In this document: one piece after another, positions 1 to 10,860 of the stretch | Position numbering within the stretch: position 1 is the stretch's first letter | Layout: each line of letters starts with the position of its first letter | NCBI RefSeq assembly: GCF_036321535.1 | Contig: NC_087460.1 | Location: 5,146,001-5,210,000 of the forward strand | Direction: 5' to 3' | Length of the DNA: 64,000 nucleotides | DNA from: Camelus dromedarius | Lineage: Eukaryota | Made by a program: the position numbers and the translations under genes | The notes under the pieces: model-generated | The model's input: the letters and a program-made list of their open reading frames with translations, nothing else | What the model was told of the DNA's origin: nothing | Database searches by the model: none

Positions 1-249
1 GCCAGGAACCTTGGAAATCACATGGTAGTTGAATTTTTTAGTTTTAATTTTTGTTTTTACCTCTTCCATCTCCTCCACTCACTCCACTCCCACCTCCATT
101 GGAATCCTGAAGGTGCTTCACTTCCCAAAACATTTCTAACCATTAAGAAAGCTGGAATCAGTGTATGCTCCTCAAGTGTTTCCCTCGCCACTGGTGTAGC
201 ATTTGTGTGGACTGAATGATAAAAAGGTTTCCCTTCATTTCTGCCTATA

Positions 250-585
250 CAGGTCCCTAGTCCTGAAATCCCCAATCTTGACATCTAAAATGCTCTTAAA
301 AATGGAGAGGGTTTTAATAAGTTTGGCATCAAAACTTACTTTGTGGCAAAACCTGACAGTGAGTGATGGGGAGCTATCTAGAGTCTTTATCTATCACACT
401 TATTGTGAATATGCAAATGTTTTTCAGAAGAATTAAATATTCATCTGCATTATTACAGGATGCTGCCTCAGTCCTGCTGGGGACATTACATTATGGGCAA
501 TATATTACATTTCTGAAATCTGTAGAATCTTGAATATTGAAAGGCACTTGGCCTTGAGGGTGTCTGCTAAGGGATTGTGGACCTG
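250..585. mobile_element. Tc1/mariner (Tigger-type) non-autonomous DNA transposon
   Basis: TA|CAGGTCCCTAGTCC at 248-263 and GGGATTGTGGACCTG|TA at 571-587: imperfect terminal inverted repeats flanked by TA target-site duplications. Subfamily not determined. Confidence 0.65.
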
Positions 586-1382
586 TATTTGGACTTAAAA
601 ACTCGTCATTACTTGGGAATGTTTTAACTCTGTCCTGCTCTTCTTGCGTTCAGACCTGTGTGTCACTCGTGTAAAGTTGTTCAGACAAGTCCAGAAGAGT
701 CAGTTGTGCACTAACATCATGATAATATTCTATCACAAATACTTACAGTGTTTATTCCAAGTTCTGGGTTCTTCTCTGACCTTTAAATATACCTTAAAGA
801 CTACAAATTAAAAAAAAAACTGTTAGTTATTCAACTTGGAAACAAAAATTTCATACCACTATTCTTTTAAGAAAAATTTAGAGATTGGACGGTGGGCTGT
901 TAAAAAAGCCATTATATAAATTTTTTTTTAAGGAAGAAAAAAAGCTGTTATATTTGCAACTATGTATGTGGGAAAATCAGGATTTCCTTCATATTGTATA
1001 ATCAAAACAAAATACAGAAATAAATTGTTATCTGTGACTCTGTAAATGTGTGCATAAACTTAATTGTTTTCTTGCCTTCCTGAGCAAATATTTTAAATAT
1101 GCTCTTATTAAATATTTTTATATTTATTGAATACTGCTTTTAACTTATTTCCCCCACTGGACTTTCTTGTAACGTTTTCTTTGAAAAGAGTTCTACTCAA
1201 TTGTCTGATGGTATAAAAATGGAAGAGGGCAGTGACCAGAGATTGCGGAATATACCTTCTGCAATTCTTCCCCACTGGGAGGTAGGTAGAAAGGTGACCT
1301 TTGGGTTGTTTCAGGTGAAGGATGTGGATGGGGTTATACAGAAGAGAACTGATTACACACAGTGTTTTTCTGCGTCAGTGAT

Positions 1383-1388
1383 TTTAAT
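1383..1388 (-). terminator. Candidate C1R polyadenylation signal (ATTAAA); a further AATAAA lies at 1123-1128
   Basis: Hexamers on the minus strand about 90 and 350 nt downstream of the C1R stop codon. Confidence 0.5.
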
Positions 1389-1475
1389 ATGGATTCTTAG
1401 TGGTTATCAATAATTGCTCAGATAATTTTTTTGTAACACACTGCTCTCTGGGTTCTGACCTAGTGACCTCTGGGC

Positions 1476-4400
1476 TCAGCCCTCCTCCTCCTGCATCTCT
1501 TTCTTGATCCAGTCCACGTAGTTGAGGAGTTTGGTGTAGAAGCCGTACCCCTGGCCACACTCGATGCCCCAGGAGACGATGCCCGTGGCCACCCAGCGGT
1601 CATTTTCCTTATCTCTTATGACAAAGACCCCTCCGCTATCCCCCTGGCAGGAATCCTGCTTTCGAGTCGTGTCCCCGGCACAGAACATGTTTTCAGAAAA
1701 CACGTCTTTCCTGTCCTTTCTCCGGAGCCAGCTCTCACACAGCTCTCGCCTAGCTATGGGCAGACGGACGAACCGGAGGTCGTGCGAAATCTTCTGCTCC
1801 TCCGTGATCCCAAAGCCGCTGACGTAGCCCACGAGGCCTGTTTCATAGAAGGTCTCGTTGTCGGGGAGGCAGATGGGGAGGAGGTTGGGGCCCAGGGTGA
1901 CACTGTTTTCCAGCTCCAGGAGGGCGATGTCCCCCTCGAAGTTGTTGGAGTCCTCCTGGCGGTATTCCGGGTGGATGATGACCCTGCGGACCGGGTGGTT
2001 GGCCAGCTTCATGATCTCCTCCACGTTGATGTGGCCCAGGAACACGTCCACGGTGGCGTTGCTGTGCGCGTCGACCTCCTTGGGGAGGAGCGTGTGCGCG
2101 GCCGTGAGGATCCAGCGGTCGCCCAGCAGCGCGCCGCCCCCGCGCCCGTGGACGTTGGTGAAGGCCTGCCAGGGGAAGTTGCCCATCTTGGCCTTCTGGC
2201 CGCCAATGATGCGCTGCTTCTGCTCCACGGGGTTGACGGGTTTCCCGCACACTGGAGAAGAGACGAGAAGGCGAGGAGGGAGACGTCAGCTCGTCAGCTC
2301 GGGCTGCCCTCCTCCCTCCTCCCTCCGCAGTCAGTCTGCTCCCCTCCAACCCCTCTTTGTGGCTCAGGGCCCTTTCCTCTTTCTGCTGCCTCCCCACATC
2401 CCTGTCTTTGTCCTATGGGCAGCCTCTCAGCCTTCTCTCCTCCTTTTGTTTATTCTTCCTGGAGTTTTTCTTGCTCCTTTTATTCCCTGATCTCCCATCT
2501 GCTCAGAGAAAGCTTGGAAACGTCAGGACAGGTCCAGCCCTCTGGGTGTCTCACTCTTTTCCCTGATGCTCCCTCTGGCCTCCATGTCTATCTTCAGCTT
2601 CAAGCCGGAGTTTCTCTCCACTCGCCCTGCCTCCCTTCTCGGTCCCTTGCTTCCTCTGAGGCCCTGCAGGCCTGCCAGAGCCACTGAGGACCGCGGAGGG
2701 TTTCCACTCACCTGGCAAACACCGAGGCAGCTTCTCCCCTTCCAGCTCATTCTTCCAGATGCCCTGCGCTGTGCAGGTGTACAGCCCTGAGGGGAGAGGC
2801 AGGGCGCTCAGGTTGGAAGGCCGTGGGCAGTGGCCAGTGAGCACCGAGGGTGCCCACAGGGAGAAGGCAAGGGTCCAAAGGAAAGGTCCAAATATAAGAG
2901 GATGGGATATCAATAGTGTTAAAAGGCTCCATACGTACATTTTGGTTTTTAATGCTAAGTGGAAAAATCAGAATACTTAACTACTATATTTGACGTGATC
3001 GCTGTGTGTGACAGTAAACACAAAAACTGAGAGGAACCTATCAAACTCTCATCCGTGATAGCATCACAGCACTGGGTTGCAGACGACAGGGGTCGCGGCT
3101 TTTTCTGATTGCCGACTGTGTGCCATGCTGGGTGCTCAGCACTTTATCTGCATTATCTCATTTAAGCATCACAGTGATGATCTCAGGTAGGCATCATTAT
3201 CCCATCTTATAGATGGGGAAACTGAGTTTAAATAACTTGCACAAGATCACATAACTTCTAAAGGCCACAACCAAGATGCACGGTGAGGGATCTCTGACTT
3301 CAAAGCCCAGCTCTGACATAACACCCTATATAGCCTGTAAGTGAGATTTTTTTCCTTTTTTGTATGTGTCAAACCTATGATTTATTTTATTAAAAAAAGT
3401 TTTAAGGAATACCCATAGATGAGTTTGAGAGTAATTTAGTAAACCTAAAAGCTGAAAGCCACAACAGAGCAGCCTGAGAGTGTATGTGGGGAGAATGCTG
3501 AGGAAGTGCTGCTGGTAAAGTTGTGGGGGGTGTGGTGGTGGTCGTGGTGGTGATGGCAGTTTGGTGGCGGTGATACTTACGGTGGTGATTGTGCTGGTGC
3601 TAGTGTTGGTAGCGGTGATGGTAGTGTTGTTATTGGTAGCAGTCCTGGTGGTGGTGATGATGGTGGTGGGGGGGTGGGGATGGTGTTGATGGTGGTGGGN
3701 NNNNNNNNNNNNNNNNNNNNNNNNNNNNNNNNNNNNNNNNNNNNNNNNNNNNNNNNNNNNNNNNNNNNNNNNNNNNNNNNNNNNNNNNNNNNNNNNNNNN
3801 NNNNNNNNNNNNNNNNNNNNNNNNNNNNNNNNNNNNNNNNNNNNNNNGTGGTGATGATGGTTGGGGTGCTGGTGATGGTGGTGGTTGTGTTGAGAGGGAG
3901 CTGTTTCTGAGATTCAAGTCTTTGTATCAGCTCAGGTGTCTTCTTCAACTCTATCAGATGCTTCTTGGCACCCCTGAAGTCAGTGCCCTGATAGATATGT
4001 TAATATACACTCCCCAGGGATTCTATTGGAAGAGGTCACAGAGGAGGAGTCCCAAGAAGAGGGAGAAGACTGGATTTGCATGAGTCCCTACCTCGCTCAG
4101 CCTCACTTCTGCCACCTCTGGTCTGCATCTTGTAATATGGCTCCCGGCAGTAGTACTGGATCCGGGCCTGGTAGGTGTTCACGCCCACTGTGGTGGTATA
4201 ACTGAAGGCCCCATTAGGCAGGCTTCGGGGCTGCCCGCAGTCCTTGACTTGGAGAGAACACAGGGCCGTATGAGAGCTGAGAAGGACTGTACTGGAACGT
4301 CAGTCTGCCCACAGAACAGGGATGGATCCACAGAACAGGCTGAGAACTTTCGGGAAATAATGGTCAGCGGGGAGGCCCTTGTGATGTACAGGAACTGGAG

Positions 4401-7400
4401 GACAGTCGGTTCTGGGTGGAGCCATCAGTCCTACTGAGATAAGGGCTGACTGATTCCTGAGATGGGCCACAGGCGTCAAAGGACGAGTCAGGGGAGGGTC
4501 TTTGGGGGAAAGGCTTAGTCTAGACCCCTCTTCCCTTCTCAGCCTAGATCCCCAAGGCTGGGTGGTGGGGTGGAGGTTCCTGGGGCAGGCACATCCAAGC
4601 TGTAACTTACTCCTGCACCTGGGCATGGCGCGATGCCAGGTGCCGTCATCCTGGCAGACGGCGGTGAAGGAGAGCAGGGCCTCGTTCCCCTGTTGAGCCG
4701 AGGTAGAGATGCCATTAATACCAGGTGGCACTGCAGCTCCCTTCCTGCCCTCACCCACCCAGGGATAGCAGGAGATGCCGAGCCATCTCTCAAGCCCTCG
4801 GACCTCACATAGAGCCTGTGGACCTGGCTCTTTTGTCCTTCTCCCTAGCTGGTTCTTTCAGACCAGATTTACAGGTGGGTGTGCTGACACACACAGCAGG
4901 AAGTCCGGGAGAGGGCTAGCTGTCAGACCCAGCAACCCTCGATTCTTGCCTGTTTCCACTGAGGTCCAGTTGAACCCCACCGTTTTAAATTAAAAAAACA
5001 GGCAGCCCCGTTGTGTGTTTTCTGCACTGAGATAGTCTCTGCCCTGATGTAGAACCCTGATGGTGCCCTGATGACAATTCTCTCCTTTGGGTGTGCCTGC
5101 AGCCCCTCGCCACCCCTAGACTGCCATCTTCTTAAGGGCCTTTCTGAAAATACTAGCGCAGCCCAGCCACTATCAAGGGTGCTTGAGACGCTGAAATGTG
5201 CTACTGCTGCTGCAGGTGAGTGGACGGCAGGGCCAGGGCCAGAGGCGGCGCCCTCTGAAATGAAAAGTAAATGGACAAAATGGATGAGTTTTACTAAGAT
5301 CAACAATCATCTCAGATAGTTAGCCCTGGAAAAGATTGCAAGACAATGTGTATGAGAGCCATACTGAGAGCCAGGATGTCCGAGCAAAATGTCAATAATA
5401 GAAGATAAACTGTGACTTGCTTTAAATTCTGTGATGTGAATAACAAATGCCAAGGCAAGGCCTCGGGTGGCACAGGGCGGGGCAGGTGGGTTGTAACCGG
5501 AGCAGAGAGGAGGGGCACAGGACACCCAGTCCTCATGAGCATCCTAGAGTGGAGAGTAGCCCCTCTGGCTAACACGGCTTGATGCAGCATTCAGCGGTAA
5601 GCTCCATGAAGCTTGTGTGAGTATCTGTGTCTCTTCTGACTGTACCTCCCACATCCAGAACACTGCCCGACACTCAGCAAACACTTAGAATGTTTGTTGG
5701 GTGAGTTAACTACAACTGAAGGACAAACCAAAGTCTCTTCTCTGATTCAGACTGGGTCTTCCAAGTGGATCTGTTGAATAAAGATGGGATGTCCAGTCCC
5801 TTGTCCCAGGCCAGGGGTAATCCAATTGTATGTTTTTTTTTTTTTTTAAATAGCATTTTAGTTCACCAGCTTTTGTGTGATTGGCCAATGGATAAAGCCA
5901 CATTCTTTCCTGAGTCTGCAAAGCTGAGGACAGGGCGGTGGGCCTGGGGTAAGCCCACCAATGTGCGTAAAAGAGCCCTGGAGGAGCCCCTTCTGGTTGT
6001 TAAATGGGCTGCTGCGCGATCCATGAATCACTGAATAAAGCCAAGAAGGTCTTAAAAAAACTCACCTCCTCAAAAAAAAAAAAAACCTCCCAACCCTCCC
6101 CCCACCCCAAACCAGGAGTCCTGGAGCAAGAGGCAGGGGGTTTGGTGCTAACTCCCGCTGTCCGAAATCCCAGCGATGCTGAGTGAGTCACTCCTTGCAC
6201 TTCACCTCTGCCCCTGCCTGTTCGGCTCCTGATTCCACAATGAGCTATGGGCGAGGTCAGTAGTTCTTAAACTTGGTTGGACATTAGAATCACCTGAGTA
6301 GCTTTAAGTGCTCTTGATGCTCAGGCTGCACTCCAGACCCATGGGATAGTCTATCTAGCAAGGGACTCAGACATCAGTATTTTAAAATTCTAGGTGTTTC
6401 CAATGTGCAGGCAAGTTGGACAGCTGGTCAACCAGGTGACCCTTCCAGCTCAAACATCTATGATTCCACTTGGGGCTGAGCCTAAATCCGCTGCGAGCCT
6501 ACCCACCTGAACTACTGCAGAATGCTGGGCCGGCTCTCTCCTTTCAGCCCTGGCTCTTACCTCTATGAGCTGGTAGCCTTGTTTGCAGGTGGCAATGAAG
6601 TAGTCACGGAACTCGTACTGAGGCTGCAGGTCCTGGATGATGGTGAACATGTCTAGGGTCTTGGGCTGGGGACACTTGATAACTGTGGGGGAGACCCGAG
6701 GGCACATGTATTTCTGAGCCACTGGCCTTCCTTCTACCCACCCCAGCCTGCCCCACTGCTGGCCAGCGAGGGGGGCCCCCCAGGCAACCCTACCTTCAGT
6801 GGTGTAGTGCAGTTTCCAGCCCCGGCTGTCCCCTGACTCGTCCGTGAAGAACAGCAGATCCACGGCGTTGCTGCCGGTGTCAATGTGCGAAGGCCTTTGC
6901 CTCCCGCAGAGCTCCCTGATATTCCTCCCGCTGGCATAGATCTGGGGGGGTTGGGGGGTGGGGGCAGGAGGGTCATCTCTCTAATTCAGACATTTCCCCC
7001 CAGAGCCAGGGCAGTGGTGGTGGTGGAGGAGATCCTGCTTTGGGTATGTTTTCAGCTGAAGGGGAAAAGGGGTCGCCGGAACCCACTTGTCAAGTGTGTA
7101 AGAACTTGCCCAAACCATGCACAATGTTGGCCATTTCTGTACCAACTGGCCCAAGGATCCAGCAGGAATTAGGGGTGAGGGGAGCCACGTGGGGGTGGGA
7201 AGGAGAGGACGAGGTCTCTCTGGGCGTGGACGGCTGTACCTGTAGCTGGTCGTAGGGACAGTGTACTTGCTGGTGGTCATCGATTTCGAAAGGCTCGAGG
7301 AACTTGAGCTGGATGGTGAGGCCCCGCTCCACCCGGATGCTGTAGTTGCAGCGCAGGTCGGGGGGGTAGGGCCGGGGGTACTCCAGGCTGGAGATGTAGC

Positions 7401-10400
7401 CCGAGGGCTCTGTGAACAGCTCGCTGCTGCACTCAGCTGTGAGGGAGAGACGGGAGCGGGTCACCGGGAGACTGGCTGGCCCCGCAAGCCCTAGTTCAGC
7501 CCCTGCCTCCTCCCGGACCGCCCCAGCCTCACCCTGGCAGGAGTGCCTGTCCTTCTGAAGCTCATAGCCTGGACGGCAGGAGCAGAAATAGCCACCGATG
7601 TAGTTGTGACACAGGTGCTGGCACGGGCCCTGGGGGCTCTCCTCAGGCGAGTTGTGCAGGGAAGCGCATTCGTCCAGGTCTGGAAGAGAGTCCGGAAGAA
7701 GGAGTAAATTCCTGCCTGGGGACTTCTGTGGTGGCCTTGGTCTCAGCAAGATCACTCACTAGAGGCCTCAAGACAAAGTCAGCTCCTGGCCACTGGGACC
7801 TCCAGGCCTCTGTGGTGCTTTCTGGGAACTGCCCGGTGGGGACAGGACCCAGATGGACAGCCCTTTTCTGGAAAAAGCGCTCTTGCGGAAAGCAAGGAAG
7901 GCCAAGCTTCCTGCTCCTTTGAATTCAAGATTCCCTTTCTCCGGCCCCTCATTCAGTACGACCGAGGACAGAAGAAAAGGGTGCAGGGACCACTCACCCA
8001 CAGCTTGGTAGTAGGCCAGGAAGCCCTTGTAGAACACGATGGTGCCGTTCTCCTCGTTGGAGAAGTCCGTGTGGAAGGTCAGCAGCATCTTGTTCCCTTG
8101 GGACATAAATTCTTTCTTCCCTGGAGGGTTGCCCAGTGGAGAACCCAGCTGCCCACAGAACCTCCCCAAGGTTTTCTTGTCAGCGGAGATCTGGTGGGGG
8201 GAAGACAGAGATAGGAAGACTGCTGTTGAGGGCATGTGTCCCCCGTGGAAGGTCAGTGAACGTCATCTTTCACTTGTCCCAAAGAGTGGATCACGCCCCC
8301 CTGCTGGACAGCCTCCATCTGCTCTCTAGCCGCTGGGCTCTGGCTGTTGCCAGCTCCCCTTTCCTCCGTCCCGAGTCCCCCTTGGCTAACTCTGCACGTT
8401 ATCCTGTGCCTGGAACATCGCCCCTCCGCTTTGATGTCCCCTCAGCATCTTTCAGACCTTCCTTCATCCCCACCTCCTCCTGTGCCCGCCTTCTGCGAGA
8501 ACCCTGTTGTCTCTACCCAGCCCCTACAGTTCCTTCCTTCCTGGAGCCTGGATGGTCTGCTTTGTTTTCTATCTTGTCATTCCCCTCACCTTAGTCAAAC
8601 CACTCACGTCCAGCCAGGCCTCTTGACATACTCAGTTCTGTGTATGTGAGCCTCTGGGGCCCTCCACCCTCAGCCTCTGTAAGCGCCACCCAGCTTCCCT
8701 GATCTCTTTCTTCAATGATCCCTTAACCCTTCCAAAGCAGACATCCCTCCCCTCCACCATCACTAGCTCTCACTCTCCCTGCCACCAAGATCCCTACCCC
8801 AACCCTGCTGACGTCGCAGGTCCTCTGGGCTGGGAGATGGATCATTTTCATGTTCTTCTCTTATAATCTCCAGGGGGTCTCCTGGAAATAGTATTTATGG
8901 GGTGTGTGTAGACTGTGCTCCAATCCTGAATCAAGAATCTCATTTTCATTAGATGTAGAAAGATGGGCCTGGGGCGGTTCCCCGGGGTTGTTGCAGAGAG
9001 GAGGGGACTGAGCCCACCATCCTTGCTGAAGGCTATGCTTGCCCCACTGCCACTCGCATCTCCCTTCCCCACATCCCTGTGCTCCTGTTGGGGCAGGCAG
9101 CCATGGCTGTATTCTCCAAGGAAATGGGGAAGCCGAGGCACAGCAGTTTCCCAAAGACCCCCAGGCAAGTAAGCAGATGGGGAAGGTTTTTCCGACTCCC
9201 GTAGACAGTGCACTTCCTGGGAGTGGCGCCGGTACCTCCCTTCCTCTGTTTCTGCCCCCCCGTGCCCACTGAGGGTCTCTAAAACCACTGGACACCCATT
9301 CATGGCATGACTTGACTTTCAGAACTCCACTTGGCCGTCAGCGTTTACAGGCGTGGGGCTGTGTCCCCAGATGGAGGGTGCTCTCCAGGGTGGTTAGAGC
9401 ATGCGTCCTCAGGCTCCAGAGACACCAGCTCCCCCTCTGCCCTCTCAACCCGACCCCTACCTTGACATAGTCATAGAAACAGCCTTCCGAAGGCTCCAGG
9501 TCAAACTGCCAGAAGACGAGCTTCACCCTGTATCCCACGGGGACCGTGATCACAGTGGTTGTCTCGAAGTTGTTTGGGTAAGGCTTGGGGTACAGGGGAG
9601 AAGTCACCTCCCCAAAAAGCTTCTGACGGGTTGGGATGGAGCCTCCCACCCTGTAGAACAAGACTGGCACCAGGAGGTATAAGAGCCACCTGCCAAAAAG
9701 AAAAAAGGTGTCTGTAGGGCTGGAGGGGAGCAGCACCCTTGCTGTTTGGGTTGCGGACACGGTGGGGGGATGGGATGGTCATACCGCGGGACATTTTCCT
9801 CTCTGGCCATTCTCGACCACACAGAGACGTTTTGGGTGGGGGTGGGTGGAGTGGGGAGGCTGATCTCTGCAGCTGCTGCACTGGGTGTTCCTCCCCAGGG
9901 CAGTGTCCAGTCCAGAGGTCATCCACTCCCTCCACCTCCCTCCTCCTCCTCCTCCCCTGCCCTGTCCCATCACTCCCCCCACTTCCAGGAATAGGGCTGG
10001 CGGGGGACCAGTTAATTGGGGGTGAGGGTTTCCAGTCATGGCTTTCTGAAAGGGCTCCCAAAGGCTCAGCAAAGGCCTCTGGGAGAAACCACCTATAGAA
10101 GATGGAGTTAGGCATGGAGGATACCCCCACCCCGGGCAGAGTGGTTCCCCTCCCCAATCTCGTTGCTCCCTATGAGCTGGAGGAAGGAGGGGCTGAAGCA
10201 TCACCTCCTGAGTCTGAGGTCTCCCTTCATCCTCAGGAGGCGAGTTGGGGGTATGTGTTGGTGTGTGTGTACACACCTGTGCACGTTGCAATGATAAGGT
10301 ATATGGGGAGGTGGGAAGGATGTGCCTGCCTCCCTGAATAAACCTGGGAGCAGCATTGCCTCCTATGCCCAGGATTCTCCGCACCAGCTTCTCCCTCCCT

Positions 10401-10428
10401 CCTTGGTCCCCATCAGCCTTACTCACAT
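1476..10428 (-). CDS. C1R: Complement C1r subcomponent (CUB1-EGF-CUB2-CCP1-CCP2-serine protease), 707 aa, intact
   Basis: join(complement): 10427-10428 (AT of split start codon), 9461-9689, 7998-8190, 7533-7679, 7240-7436, 6794-6941, 6561-6682, 4611-4689, 4092-4247, 2712-2786, 1476-2251 = 2124 nt. All introns are GT-AG and in phase. Protein MWLLYLLVPVLFYRVGGS...; activation site QKQR|IIGG; triad TAAH, DIALL, GDSGG; S1 Asp (DSCQGDSGG). Confidence 0.98.
3120..3310 (-). mobile_element. MIR SINE fragment
   Basis: MIR core ATTATCCCATCTTATAGATGGGGAAACTGAG...ACTTGCACAAGATCACA in C1R intron 9. Confidence 0.7.
3520..3890. repeat. Degenerate (GGT)n/(GGTGAT)n simple repeat spanning an assembly gap (N 3700-3846)
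   Basis: Directly visible GGT/GAT-rich trinucleotide tract on both sides of the gap. Confidence 0.9.
5580..5705 (+). mobile_element. L2 LINE 3' fragment
   Basis: GTAAGCTCCATGAAG...CCAGAACACTGCCCGACAC...ATGTTTGTTG resembles the L2 3' end. Confidence 0.5.
6262..6420. mobile_element. MER5A-like hAT-Charlie MITE
   Basis: AGTAGTTCTTAAACTTGG...CATTAGAATCACCTG...ATCAGTATTTTAAAATTC...GGTG...TCCAATGTGCAG, typical of MER5A. Confidence 0.7.
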
Positions 10429-10860
10429 TTCTCAAGGCCTGTTTTTGGATCCCTGACTCTTCTGACAGCGTCTTCATCCACTCTGTGTCCAGGGAGAGAG
10501 CGCGGTCATCCAGAGGAGGGAAGGGGGAGGGAAAGGCTGTGAGGGGGAAGGGGGGACCATTCCGGGAGGAATGTTGTAAGGAATGAACTATTTGCATAAA
10601 CAAGGCCAAAAAAAAAAAATTTTCCAGTTTAATTTAGTTTTGGTTTTGAAATCCCTGATGGTGGTGCCACCTGCTGGCCTGTGTGGGGAAGGGCTAGAGA
10701 TGGGGCTGCATTTTCAGGGACAGAAAAGTCCTTGGTTGGAGGCCCAGACTGTTTCTCAATCTGATGGGAACTCTCCTGTCCTTCAGGGCCCTGCCTGGGA
10801 ACTGCTGCTGTGTTTACAGGCTTCCTACCCAAATGGCAGTGGGAATTGCATTTGAGGGGG
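10429..10860 (-). promoter_or_regulatory. C1R 5'UTR and proximal promoter
   Basis: Immediately upstream of the exon-1 donor (AAAT|GTGAGT). Composite TATTTGCATAAACA at 10589-10602 (overlapping FOXA, C/EBP and octamer matches). CTCF-consensus CCAGCAGGTGGCAC at 10664-10677 (minus). Motif matches only. Confidence 0.55.

Noticed and set aside
1782-2687. Long plus-strand ORFs (301 aa at 1782-2687; 358 aa at 13473-14549)
   Set aside because: Antisense shadows of the GC3-rich C1R and C1RL last exons; no independent coding signal.
4248-4250. AAG acceptor of C1R exon 9 as a defect
   Set aside because: AAG is an accepted minor acceptor, and the exon length (156) and phase fit the intact protein.
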